DNA from: a virus
Lineage: Duplodnaviria; Caudoviricetes
DNA length: 63,869 bases
Strand: one strand, 5' to 3'
IMG/VR virus record: IMGVR_UViG_3300017967_000018
Coordinates: 1 to 63,869 of that record
How positions within the stretch are numbered: position 1 is the first letter of the stretch; every line of letters begins with the position of its first letter. A program made the translations under genes and the position numbers. Below are positions 18,526 to 27,975 of this stretch, one piece after another. The notes under the pieces are model-generated. The model was not told the DNA's origin and searched no databases. It was given only the letters and a program-made list of their open reading frames with translations.

Positions 18526-20361
18526 TTACATTCTTTTTTTTTTAGAAGAAGCCATACGGTCTACAAAGTTATTTGGATCGTTTTGTACCATGTCATCTAT
18601 CTCGTTAACTGCGCCTTCTAGCGTTGGAGAGCTACCGTACCTTTTATCCCAAGGTTGATCGTCTTCGCTAAATTCTGGAGTTCCGTCAAAGTCTTCTGAT
18701 TGGAATTGATATCCAACAAATTTATCTTTACGAATAACATAACCTTTGTATCTCCATTCGTCTGGTTCTACTTGTTCTAACCCAAGATTAGAAGTTTTAA
18801 TCATCTTCTTAGAATTGGCTCTTATTGAACTCGTATCATCTTGCATAAGATTTATAATATTTTGTGTTATGGCTGGAAGTTGAGGCTTTAGACGCTCTAC
18901 ATCTTCACTATTAAAATAAGGACTTTGCTCTAACAAAGAAAGGGTAATAGCGTCTAATTCTTGACGTGGTCGCCCTGGTTTTGTGTACCACATTTTCTTT
19001 ACCGACAAAGGAGCATCTTCGGTATCATAGTAAAGTGTTTTTGCTATTTCCTCTGGTGTTTTATGCTCACGAACCCTTACCTCTTGTGCGGTTTTAATTC
19101 TTTTCTTACCGCTAGCTTCTGTCCAGTTATACACGCCATCCTTATTGCCACGGTAGGCTTCCATCCTAGCTTCGTAGTTGCCCAGTTCAGCAGGACGAGG
19201 CTTCCTCTTTTCTCCTGGCTTAAGCATATAGGTATTTTCTTCTGGTTGCCATCTGTCAACTTCAAATCTCTTTTCAATGTATCCGCCAACCCAGTTCCCG
19301 TCAGCGTCACGATATGGACGAGAATATTTGTCCATAATATTTCCACGCCAGAACGCTTCAAAATCAATATCCCATCTGTCGCCAATTCTCCAGTTCCATC
19401 CCTTGTTTCTTTCAAATACGTGCCAGTCAGAAGTTGGCTGGCCAGTGAAAGGGTCTACGTTATTTCTAGACTCTGGCCCCCAAAGAATGACATTCTCATA
19501 AGACTTGTGTTGAGCTTGCTTCTTAAAATTGTAGCTCTTTGCACTTTCTTTTTGAGCTAGCTTTCTAACTTCTTCATTAGAAGCTTCTACTATTTTCTTG
19601 ATGTTTTCTAAATTTGCCATAGTTTGTTGTTCCTGATTGTTTACGTAGTCACCTTCAATTGAAGTAAGTTGTTCAGAGCTTATTTTCAAAGCATCAGGGA
19701 GATAGTCCCAAACTTGAGACATTGCCTCCAATCGTTCCTGAGGTCCTATTTCGTATTCAAAAACGATTTCCATTGTTTTCCTACAAACTTCTTGTCCTTC
19801 TGGATCGGAAATGTAGGATAATAATTTATTTTCGGCATCGACGCGATCCATTCCTTCTAATTTTTGCAATAAATCTGAAGTGTCATTAAAAGGTCCAAAA
19901 TCATCAGCCGCAAATTCTGACATAGGACTTTGCATTTGATCGTTGGCTAATTGAGCCTTTTTCCAATTAAATGCACCGCTAGCAATAAGAGGTCCAGCAT
20001 CTGCAGCCTGCTGGCTATTAGGGGCAGTGTTTTGAGCTGTTTGCTGTACGGCCTGCATGCTTTGTAGGGCAATGTTTAATTGCTCAACTGATCCTTGAAC
20101 TTGGTCTAAAGATGAATTTATTTGAGTTTTTGCACTATTTATTATAGATGGTATATTGCTAACATTAACGGTGGCTTGTTGTACCATGGCAGTAAAAGAA
20201 GGGTCTGTGCCTGCGCCAGACACAACAGATGATGCTTGAGTAACTTGAGTGTTAATAGCGCCTATCGCTTGCAAATATTGCATAGATGCTTCTTCGATAG
20301 CTGAGGGAGCCCTATCGATAGTATCTACTGCTTGTTGAACATTTGCTGCGCTAATTGCCAA
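18526..20361 (-). CDS. Multi-module head protein (internal FNWKKA|Q, YNFKKQA|Q, YNWTEA|S, IKTA|Q sites)
   Basis: 611-aa ORF with TTG start and SD GGGGAG. Confidence 0.75.
   Translation of the reverse strand: MAISAANVQQAVDTIDRAPSAIEEASMQYLQAIGAINTQVTQASSVVSGAGTDPSFTAMVQQATVNVSNIPSIINSAKTQINSSLDQVQGSVEQLNIALQSMQAVQQTAQNTAPNSQQAADAGPLIASGAFNWKKAQLANDQMQSPMSEFAADDFGPFNDTSDLLQKLEGMDRVDAENKLLSYISDPEGQEVCRKTMEIVFEYEIGPQERLEAMSQVWDYLPDALKISSEQLTSIEGDYVNNQEQQTMANLENIKKIVEASNEEVRKLAQKESAKSYNFKKQAQHKSYENVILWGPESRNNVDPFTGQPTSDWHVFERNKGWNWRIGDRWDIDFEAFWRGNIMDKYSRPYRDADGNWVGGYIEKRFEVDRWQPEENTYMLKPGEKRKPRPAELGNYEARMEAYRGNKDGVYNWTEASGKKRIKTAQEVRVREHKTPEEIAKTLYYDTEDAPLSVKKMWYTKPGRPRQELDAITLSLLEQSPYFNSEDVERLKPQLPAITQNIINLMQDDTSSIRANSKKMIKTSNLGLEQVEPDEWRYKGYVIRKDKFVGYQFQSEDFDGTPEFSEDDQPWDKRYGSSPTLEGAVNEIDDMVQNDPNNFVDRMASSKKKRM
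18534..18543 (-). other. Candidate programmed -1 frameshift / transcriptional slippage site (A10)
   Basis: TCT AAA AAA AAA AGA ATG TAA; the -1 frame continues AAG AAT GTA... into the 17996 ORF. Confidence 0.6.
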
Positions 20362-20367
20362 TTTAAA

Positions 20368-21051
20368 TTACTCCCCACTTTTATTCTCTTGTAATCTATT
20401 TATAAGATTATCAAAGAAATTGGTGGAGTCTAATTTAGTAGATGCGCCAGTTGTTTTCCAAGATTCATCTTTAGCTTGCACTGGCTTGTCTTTTAGCTTC
20501 TCACCAGCAGTTTTCTCTGGTACTCTTTGGAAGTCGCTATCATCAAAAATGCTTATTCCATTTGTTGGCAAGTCTCTTTTGCCAGCAGATGCATCTTTGG
20601 TCGATACATTCTTCACACCGCTATCTAGTGCGTTTTCAATAACGCTTTCTGCCATTTGAGTGAGACGATCTTCTTCCCATCCTGCTCTGACTTTTTTAAT
20701 TCTGTCTTTTTCTTGTGCTGTCTTTTCATCGTCAGATGGAGTATTAGATAAAGATTGAAGCTTGCCAGAGTCCCAAATAGAATTCTGATTAGACATTCCC
20801 ATGTTGTTAAGGCTATTAGATTCATTCTTTTCGCCGCCGACTCCAGAGTTAAGGACTCTATTTGCCCCAAGATCTCCTTCAGCGCTTCTTGTCATTGCCT
20901 TTTGGTTTTCTAGGCTTCTCCAAGACTGATCTTTTGTCTTGGCTTCTTTTTGAACGTTTTTCTTTAGTTCTGGAACATGATCTTCAAAAGCCCCGTCTGG
21001 AACGTTAGAGCTAAAAAGACTATCAAAATTGTTTGATTTTTGTATTTTCAT
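20368..21051 (-). CDS. Hypothetical head-module protein
   Basis: Coupled ORF; KEA motif. Confidence 0.7.
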   Translation of the reverse strand: MKIQKSNNFDSLFSSNVPDGAFEDHVPELKKNVQKEAKTKDQSWRSLENQKAMTRSAEGDLGANRVLNSGVGGEKNESNSLNNMGMSNQNSIWDSGKLQSLSNTPSDDEKTAQEKDRIKKVRAGWEEDRLTQMAESVIENALDSGVKNVSTKDASAGKRDLPTNGISIFDDSDFQRVPEKTAGEKLKDKPVQAKDESWKTTGASTKLDSTNFFDNLINRLQENKSGE

Positions 21052-21053
21052 TA

Positions 21054-21707
21054 TTAACCTCTTTTATTTAATTTGCCAAAGGCATCAGACATAGAAGATT
21101 TCATCATTTCTGTTTGAGTTTGAGCGGCCTTCTTCTTTTTAGACTTAGGCTTTTCTGCTCCTCCACCAAAAGCAACGTCCAACTCGTCTCCCATGCCCTG
21201 TTCTTCTTCTTCATTGCCACCTGCTTGGCCCTGAGAAATAAAGTTCAAGAATACTTTCTTGTCTTTTCTTTCTCCGTCTTTGAAAGCCAGGCCAAATTGG
21301 TTTTGAACTTCTTCGATAATACTATTAACGTCATCCTTCTTAAGTCTCTTTCCCTTTCCATAATACATGTCTGGAAAAACTAAAGAAACATCTCTAGCAT
21401 CACCTGGAAGTAATTTTTCGCTAACAAATTCATCTTTAAATTCTTGCAATCTTCTTGGAGGATATCCAAATCCTTCAAGCTTATTCATAATGTAGTCTAG
21501 GATATCAGTGTCAATGTCTCCACCTTCATCCTGTTGCTCCATTGCGGATTCTGGATCAAATAAAGATCCCAATTCGCTTCCAATCCCCTGAGGAGTTTGT
21601 GGCTCCTCAGGAGTAATTTCTGTAAAGAAAGAATCTTCAGAAGTATAGTTATCCATACCCTGTGCTTTAACGTATTTTCTTTTGCCATTCGGCTGCAATA
21701 GACTCAT
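21054..21707 (-). CDS. Hypothetical acidic head-module protein
   Basis: Core flanked by YVKA|Q and KKAA|Q sites. Confidence 0.7.
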   Translation of the reverse strand: MSLLQPNGKRKYVKAQGMDNYTSEDSFFTEITPEEPQTPQGIGSELGSLFDPESAMEQQDEGGDIDTDILDYIMNKLEGFGYPPRRLQEFKDEFVSEKLLPGDARDVSLVFPDMYYGKGKRLKKDDVNSIIEEVQNQFGLAFKDGERKDKKVFLNFISQGQAGGNEEEEQGMGDELDVAFGGGAEKPKSKKKKAAQTQTEMMKSSMSDAFGKLNKRG

Positions 21708-21731
21708 TCTTATTTTCCTAGTTTTAGGGGA

Positions 21732-22400
21732 TTATTTTTCTTTAACAAGCGCTTCAACATATTCTGCTGGGTAGTACATCTTGTAGTACTCAACAAGCAT
21801 ATTCTTAGTCTTAGCGTCTAGTTTAGAAATCTTAACTAGTCTGCTACTAACAGTAGCTTCTTTCTTGTTATCGTCGTTTACCTTAGAGGCTTCTTCGCTT
21901 TCGCCCTTTTGGTGAAGAGGCTCAACTTCAAGTTGCCCAGAAGATTGCTCTCCCTTCTCGTCCTTTTTGTCTTCTTCGGCAGTCTTTTCGACTTTAGCTT
22001 CGCCTTCAGCGCACTTAGCGTCTTTGTCATCATCTTCAGACTTGTCTTCGTCATCTTCAGACTTGTCATCATCAGAATCGTCATCATCGTCTTTCTTGTC
22101 GCCCTTTTCGAAGTTCCATTCTGCTTCCTTTTCTACCTTTGCTTCGCCTTCAGCATAGCAGTCTTTGTCTTCAGACTTGTCTTCGCCTTGGCTAGCTAGT
22201 TCGGCTTCAGCCTTGCCAGCGTCGGTAGTTTCGCATTCTTCCTTTTCTTCCTTTTCAGCAGTCTTAACAATTTCTTCGGCAGAAGCGGTCTTTACGATCT
22301 CTTCAGACTCAGCAGTTTTGTTAAGAATCTTAGCTGCGAATTCTTCAAGGCTTGGAGTTTGATCTCCTTGTAGAGGCACAGTATTTTGATAAAATCTCAT
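21732..22400 (-). CDS. Highly acidic scaffold/core-like protein
   Basis: D/E/K-rich; repeats EEIVKTA x2, AEGEAKVEK x2, DKSED; SD AAGGAG. Confidence 0.7.
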   Translation of the reverse strand: MRFYQNTVPLQGDQTPSLEEFAAKILNKTAESEEIVKTASAEEIVKTAEKEEKEECETTDAGKAEAELASQGEDKSEDKDCYAEGEAKVEKEAEWNFEKGDKKDDDDDSDDDKSEDDEDKSEDDDKDAKCAEGEAKVEKTAEEDKKDEKGEQSSGQLEVEPLHQKGESEEASKVNDDNKKEATVSSRLVKISKLDAKTKNMLVEYYKMYYPAEYVEALVKEK

Positions 22401-22481
22401 TTTTATTGCTCCTTTGTATTAAAAAGTGGTTTTAACCATCTTATTTTATTGGTGTTTTGTGTAAAATTTCCTTTTTTTAAA

Positions 22482-23825
22482 TTAGTATATTCTTTTTCTC
22501 TTGCTATCTGCGAAAGACATTTGTCCCGATCCTGGCATTGGAGTGGATGGATTCATGGAAATTCCTCCCATGTTTCCAGCGTCTGATTTATCGCCAGACT
22601 GCCCCTCTGGTCCTCCTCCAAATTGGATTCCCATCATTGCTGCAGCCGAATCTCTTGCGGCAGGAAGTTTTTGAACAACACCCGCTGCAATAAGTCCTTG
22701 AGCAACTGCGTCTATGAAGGATGGATCTTTAGGAAGATTAGATACATACTGTTTTGCTTGAGAGAACATTTGCTGAACTTGGCTGCTAGCAGTAGCAATA
22801 TCAGCTTGTGTCGGATCAGGAACGCCATCGTTATTGTCATCTGGATCAGTAGCATCAGGCTGGCCATCGCCGTCACTATCTGCTCCTTGCTCCGCTTGAC
22901 TTGCGTCTGGTTGATTGGGGTTTGGATCAACTATATCAGGGTTTCCATCTTGATCTTTGTCTTCTTGTGATGGTACTTCAATCCCCTTATTGGCAAAGTC
23001 TATAAGTTGACCTGTTGTTTGAGCAGCCTGCTGCAATACTTGGCCCAAAGAGGCGGCGTCTGCACCTTGAACTTGACCTTGCATCTGACCTAGAGACTGG
23101 GAAATTTGTTGAATAGCAGCTTTAGCTCTTGGGTGTACAATACTTCTATAATCTGGATTAGTAGTGAAATCTCTTACATAACGCTGAAGACCTCTTAATA
23201 CACCCGCTTTTAATTTTTCAGCTACTTGAGTATTTCCTTGATTTGTCTCCATCTGTTGGGCAACATTGGATAGCTGGTTTTGAAGTTGCTCTAGGTTTCT
23301 TCTAATATTTCTAATAGAAGGGGATAGTTTTCCCATCAAATTTCCCATCCACCTTCCAAGCTGTGCCTCTCTAATAATTTCATTGGCAACTGCAACTATC
23401 TCTGCTGAGTCATTCGGGTCTTCAACCTTATCGGACAGGTCAAGAAGACTGTCTGCGGTCTTGATAAGTTCTCTTTGTAAGTTTGGAACATTCTTGTCTT
23501 CTGCGCTCGCATATTTGTTCCATGTATCATAAGAATCATTGTTCATGGAATTTAAGTATTCTTCATGGCATTCTGCCCATAGTTCATCATAAGGCTTATC
23601 AGAACTTGCTCTTTTTTGTCTAAGACAGTTATCAAAGCATCTTTTATTTCTAATAGCATATCCTTGAACGCCTACATATTGAGCTTCTTTCATGATAGAA
23701 AGATAGCTTTCATTTAAGTTGTCTAGTTCAGAAGAAAGCTCTGGATTGCTGCCTTCTATTTTAGAAGCTATTTTAGCTAATCTCTTAACATTTTGTGCTA
23801 CTGATGTCTTATATTCTTTGTCCAT
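22482..23825 (-). CDS. Head-module protein with TSP3-like Ca-binding repeats
   Basis: DKDQDGNPDIVD, DSDGDGQPDATDPDDNNDGVPD; KEA|Q, KYA|S, REA|Q sites. Confidence 0.7.
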   Translation of the reverse strand: MDKEYKTSVAQNVKRLAKIASKIEGSNPELSSELDNLNESYLSIMKEAQYVGVQGYAIRNKRCFDNCLRQKRASSDKPYDELWAECHEEYLNSMNNDSYDTWNKYASAEDKNVPNLQRELIKTADSLLDLSDKVEDPNDSAEIVAVANEIIREAQLGRWMGNLMGKLSPSIRNIRRNLEQLQNQLSNVAQQMETNQGNTQVAEKLKAGVLRGLQRYVRDFTTNPDYRSIVHPRAKAAIQQISQSLGQMQGQVQGADAASLGQVLQQAAQTTGQLIDFANKGIEVPSQEDKDQDGNPDIVDPNPNQPDASQAEQGADSDGDGQPDATDPDDNNDGVPDPTQADIATASSQVQQMFSQAKQYVSNLPKDPSFIDAVAQGLIAAGVVQKLPAARDSAAAMMGIQFGGGPEGQSGDKSDAGNMGGISMNPSTPMPGSGQMSFADSKRKRIY

Positions 23826-23836
23826 AATTGTCTCTT

Positions 23837-24775
23837 TTATTTTGGGTTAAAAACAAACTTATCCTTAAATGTTCTATCTAAAAACTGAAAATCTTTTATT
23901 TTTTCTAAAATAAATGCACGAATGTCATTTACTGTTTCGTCAAATGCCACTAAAATAGTATTTCCAGTACTTGCATTATAAATACCATGCGGTTCTACAT
24001 TTCTTTGTATATTTTTGCCACTTCTACTATCGTAGTCTATCCACATGGTTTGCCTAGCCTCTTTTGCCCATTGAGCTGCAGAAATGGCATTGCTAAATTG
24101 TGGGAAGTCCTTTGCTGGTTCTTTTGGTTCGTTTTTTTCTTTTTCTATATCCATGAAGTCGTATGGATCAAAACCTTCCATTTCTTCATCAAAATCGTCA
24201 GCAAAACCTATGTCTTCAATGCTATATTCAGGCAACTGATCTTCCTCTTGAGGGAATTCCTGAAAACCCTCTAAATTCTCTCGTTCATCGAAACTTCCCT
24301 CAAATTGAGGCTCTTGTTCATACTCGTCTATAATAAAGTCTTCTTCTGGAAGATCAATTTTTTCTGCATCATCAACTGAAATTTCTTCTGTATAAGAAGT
24401 TTGAGCCAGTTTGCTTATTTTTTTAAACTTAACACATGGGCCCTCCATGATATCATCGATAAGATCAATCGTATCGCCTACTGAAATATTATTATTTTTA
24501 AAATAATCAATATTTGCCTCAATGGCAATGGGGCAATCTTTGTCACAGGAAACTCCTCTTTGATCTAAAGGGTGAATTTCTTTAATGTCAACTATTTTAT
24601 GATTTGAGTCTACAAATGCGATATCAAGAGGGATATAGGTGTTAACTCCCCAAAAAGAAAGTTTTCTGGGTTGAGGAAATTGAAAAAGCATGCCATAATC
24701 ATGGGGCATTTCCTTTACGAACATTAGACCTCTTTCTTGTTTTGAGGGTGTATCAGCAATATTTACTCTTAGCAT
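23837..24775 (-). CDS. DUF192 domain fused to a C-terminal WYL domain
   Basis: N-terminal ADT...ERGLMF...GMLF.F......FW..NT.IPLDIAF (DUF192); C-terminal IDY....G....R.VEP....L.A.D.....IRAF...KI (WYL). Confidence 0.8.
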   Translation of the reverse strand: MLRVNIADTPSKQERGLMFVKEMPHDYGMLFQFPQPRKLSFWGVNTYIPLDIAFVDSNHKIVDIKEIHPLDQRGVSCDKDCPIAIEANIDYFKNNNISVGDTIDLIDDIMEGPCVKFKKISKLAQTSYTEEISVDDAEKIDLPEEDFIIDEYEQEPQFEGSFDERENLEGFQEFPQEEDQLPEYSIEDIGFADDFDEEMEGFDPYDFMDIEKEKNEPKEPAKDFPQFSNAISAAQWAKEARQTMWIDYDSRSGKNIQRNVEPHGIYNASTGNTILVAFDETVNDIRAFILEKIKDFQFLDRTFKDKFVFNPK

Positions 24776-25263
24776 TAGCTTTCTCTATACTTGTATTTTA
24801 AACTTATTTCTTTAAGAAAATCCTCTATGGAATCTTCTACTCTATCATTTTCTTCTATTTCTATAGTAATTCCTTCGTTATTTTGATTCAAAATAACGAA
24901 TTCTATCTCAAGATTTTTTAATATTCTTGACAAGTTATTAACATCAATATCAGAAAAATCATTATTTTTATTAGAATTATAAACCTCTGGTTCTTGTATA
25001 TATTCATAAAAAACTAAATTGCTTCCCTTCATTAGGCTTATGATTGACTCATCAGAATAGTTAATATTATTGTGTTCTTTGAATAATGTAATGGCTTTGT
25101 CGATTTTAATGGGCTTGTCATTAAATATGCAGTAAGGTGTATATTTAGTCTTAATAGTATACCCTTCGCAATCTAGGGTCACAGATTCTTGAAAAAATGG
25201 GTCATACCAAATAAATGATTGACCCTTATTCTTATTTAGCTTTTTATTTATTACTAAAATCAT
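24775..25263 (-). CDS. Hypothetical protein
   Basis: Coupled ORF. Confidence 0.6.
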   Translation of the reverse strand: MILVINKKLNKNKGQSFIWYDPFFQESVTLDCEGYTIKTKYTPYCIFNDKPIKIDKAITLFKEHNNINYSDESIISLMKGSNLVFYEYIQEPEVYNSNKNNDFSDIDVNNLSRILKNLEIEFVILNQNNEGITIEIEENDRVEDSIEDFLKEISLKYKYRES

Positions 25264-25697
25264 ATATAATCTGCACTGGCGGGCATATTGCCATGTATCC
25301 AGTATTCTTGTATTTTTTCCATAAGCGCTGCGTAATCATTATATATAATCGGCTTAACAAGGTAACTGTTAGCATTCTCTTGATAGCAGTTCTTAATGTC
25401 AGTGTTTGAATTTGAAGTTGTTAAAATAACAACTGGCAAAACTTTAAGTATGTCATCATTTTTAATTATTTTCAAAACTTCCACCCCATTTATAATAGGG
25501 ATATTTAAATCTAACAAGATAAGTCTTGGTAAATCTTTCAAGTCTTTAGACTTTACGTCTTCAAGCCATGCAAGCGCTTCCTTTCCATCTTTGACATGAA
25601 CAATCTCGCATCCTGTGCAATTCTTACTGAAAGCAATTTTCATTAGCTTAGCATGAGCATCGTCATCTTCTATAAATAATATTTTTCTATTGTCCAT
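25260..25697 (-). CDS. Single-domain response regulator (Rcp1-like REC)
   Basis: ILFIEDD, LILLDLNIP..NG.EVL, VVILTTS, ANSYLVKP. Confidence 0.92.
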   Translation of the reverse strand: MDNRKILFIEDDDAHAKLMKIAFSKNCTGCEIVHVKDGKEALAWLEDVKSKDLKDLPRLILLDLNIPIINGVEVLKIIKNDDILKVLPVVILTTSNSNTDIKNCYQENANSYLVKPIIYNDYAALMEKIQEYWIHGNMPASADYI

Positions 25698-27141
25698 TTT
25701 TATTGAATCTAATCCTATATGAAGTTCCCTTGTTAAGTTCCGATTTTATCTCAATATTTCCTCCATGAAAGTCAATTCCTTCTTTAATAATCATCATTCC
25801 AAAGCCCTTTGCATATTGTCTACTTTCATAAGAAAAAAGATTTTCTAACTGTTCTTGTGACATTCCTTTGCCGTTGTCTTTACAATATAGGAAAAATTCA
25901 TTTTCTGTTTCTTCAAAATCAATAGTGATATCAAGTAATTGATCCTTAATTGCGGCATGATCTATGGCATTAACAATCATGTTTTGCACTATAGAAGTAA
26001 ATATTTCGCGCTGAACAAAAATACTTATGTTCTTTTCATTTATTATATTGACATTAGAGTTCTTAATTTTAATTGAATTCAGATTTATTATTTCGTCTAC
26101 CATTTCTTTCGTATCTACATGCGATTCTTCAATATATATTCTTCCCATTCTAGAAAGATGAAGTATTGAATCAATTGTTGACGATAGTTGCTGGGTTGCT
26201 TTCTGAATCTCATTGGAAGAGTCTTTAATAAGCTCCCAGTCTATCGACCCCTCATTAAGCTCGTGAGATATGATTGAAGAGAATCCAGATAGAGTCACTA
26301 GAGGGGCTTTTAAATCATGAGAAACAGAATAGGTGAAATACTCAAGTTCTTTATGGTTCTTTTCTATTTCATCTTGCATTTCTGTAAAATCTGTAACATC
26401 TATATTGGATCCAATAAAAACAGAATCTGATTCTGAGCCGAATCTTTCTCCTTTGGCTCTTATGTATTTTTGACCATCTTTTGTGTTTATTTTAAAATAA
26501 CTTTCAAATTTTTTTCCGCTTTTTAAAGACTCTTTTAACTCTCTTTCTACCCTTTTTTTATCTTCTTTAGCTAGTGCGCTAGACCAAGTTTCATAATTTA
26601 TTTCTTCATTTTTACCAATCGCAAATATTTTATACATTTCTTTGTTCCATGCTAGACGGCCCTTGTCTACGTGCCATATCCAAATCCCCACATCTCCAGA
26701 GGCAGAGGCAAAATCGGTGATCGCTTCTTGAATTTTTTTGTTGTTTATGTCTATGGCGCGAATAACAAAGTGTTGAAAATTTTCGTCCTTATCAAAGATG
26801 GCATTAATATAAACATGTACCCAAATAGATTCTCCATTTTTTTTAATATATCTTTTTTCAATGTCATAAGACAATATTTCACGTTTAAGCACTGCCTTAG
26901 CTTGCTTTTCGCATTTTATTATATCTTTTTTGTGATTAACATCTTTGTATGTCATTTTGCTTAATTCTGACATTTCATAATCTAATAGTTTAGCAAAGGC
27001 CTTGTTAACCATAGCAAACCGACCATCTGCATCTACAAATGCCTCTCCAATAGGAGATTCTTCAAAGGCCTTATTTAAGGCAACATCTTTAGAGCAGCCA
27101 AGCTCATTGTGAAATTTTTCGCATTTTTTTTTAGCGCTCAT
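25687..27141 (-). CDS. Cytoplasmic PAS-PAS sensor histidine kinase
   Basis: Two PAS/PAC domains; H-box SVSHDLKAPL, N-box QNMIVNAIDH, DNGKG, GGNIEIKSELNKGT. Confidence 0.9.
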   Translation of the reverse strand: MSAKKKCEKFHNELGCSKDVALNKAFEESPIGEAFVDADGRFAMVNKAFAKLLDYEMSELSKMTYKDVNHKKDIIKCEKQAKAVLKREILSYDIEKRYIKKNGESIWVHVYINAIFDKDENFQHFVIRAIDINNKKIQEAITDFASASGDVGIWIWHVDKGRLAWNKEMYKIFAIGKNEEINYETWSSALAKEDKKRVERELKESLKSGKKFESYFKINTKDGQKYIRAKGERFGSESDSVFIGSNIDVTDFTEMQDEIEKNHKELEYFTYSVSHDLKAPLVTLSGFSSIISHELNEGSIDWELIKDSSNEIQKATQQLSSTIDSILHLSRMGRIYIEESHVDTKEMVDEIINLNSIKIKNSNVNIINEKNISIFVQREIFTSIVQNMIVNAIDHAAIKDQLLDITIDFEETENEFFLYCKDNGKGMSQEQLENLFSYESRQYAKGFGMMIIKEGIDFHGGNIEIKSELNKGTSYRIRFNKNGQ

Positions 27142-27808
27142 TACCAGTGATGTCCCGCGAGTATCTAATAAATTTAGTAGAAATTTGATTTCTTTTTAAT
27201 CCTTTTGTTTTTAACCATTTTCTACCTATATCTTTCAATATTATTTGAGACTTATCCTCTGGATAATGTATGTTAAAAAAATCTTTATTAACCTTCACAT
27301 ATGATCTAAGTTGGTTTTCAGGATTTCTATAATAGTCTAATTTCTCTACAAACTTTCTACAAAAACTTTTCCTATATAAGGCTGGCAAAAGACAAGCTCT
27401 AGGACCTGCAAATTTGTAAGCTCTTAGATTGACAGCAAAAACGTTCTTGTTGTTAAAATATGGCATAATTTCTTCTATGCTTACTTCCTCTTCTAACACC
27501 CAGTCATCCTCAAGGTGAAAGAAGATTTCATCTTCAACGCTATTCCAGCACCACTGGAGGGCTCTGGTAAAATTAGGCTCTTCTGTCTTGTTAAATACAA
27601 CTTCTCCAAATACTGAATTTAAAAAATCAATTGTCTTATCACTACCGTCTTTTAAGGTAGGGTAGTCGGGGGCGAAATCAATGTTGATAAATATTTTACT
27701 GTTAGAAAAATCAATATCTATTAAATTAGATTGAAAAGATTCTATGGTTCTACGCAGAATGTCAGGTCTTTGCGCAACGTGAGTGGTTGTAAACTGTAGT
27801 GTTCTCAT
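27131..27808 (-). CDS. Glycosyltransferase, GT-A/family 2-like
   Basis: RPDIL.RT..SF start and FFHLEDDW motif. Confidence 0.7.
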   Translation of the reverse strand: MRTLQFTTTHVAQRPDILRRTIESFQSNLIDIDFSNSKIFINIDFAPDYPTLKDGSDKTIDFLNSVFGEVVFNKTEEPNFTRALQWCWNSVEDEIFFHLEDDWVLEEEVSIEEIMPYFNNKNVFAVNLRAYKFAGPRACLLPALYRKSFCRKFVEKLDYYRNPENQLRSYVKVNKDFFNIHYPEDKSQIILKDIGRKWLKTKGLKRNQISTKFIRYSRDITGNER

Positions 27809-27847
27809 ATATTTTAATCGGCAAAATATATTTTTTAAGAAATCCTC

Positions 27848-27876
27848 TTGACTTTCGAGTCAAACTAGACTATAAT
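27848..27876 (+). promoter_or_regulatory. Sigma70-type promoter
   Basis: TTGACT-N17-TATAAT. Confidence 0.85.
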
Positions 27877-27884
27877 AGGGTACT

Positions 27885-27938
27885 ATGAAAAATAGCAATC
27901 TACAACTCGCATCTCAACTCTTACTTTTGCTCCGTTAA
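27885..27938 (+). CDS. Leucine-rich leader peptide MKNSNLQLASQLLLLLR
   Basis: ATG 8 nt after the -10 box; 7 Leu codons, 5 consecutive; overlaps a 13-bp hairpin at 27921-27953; precedes tRNA-Leu. Confidence 0.55.
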   Translation: MKNSNLQLASQLLLLLR

Positions 27939-27975
27939 CAGGAGCAAAAGTAAACCGATATATATTTAAATATAT

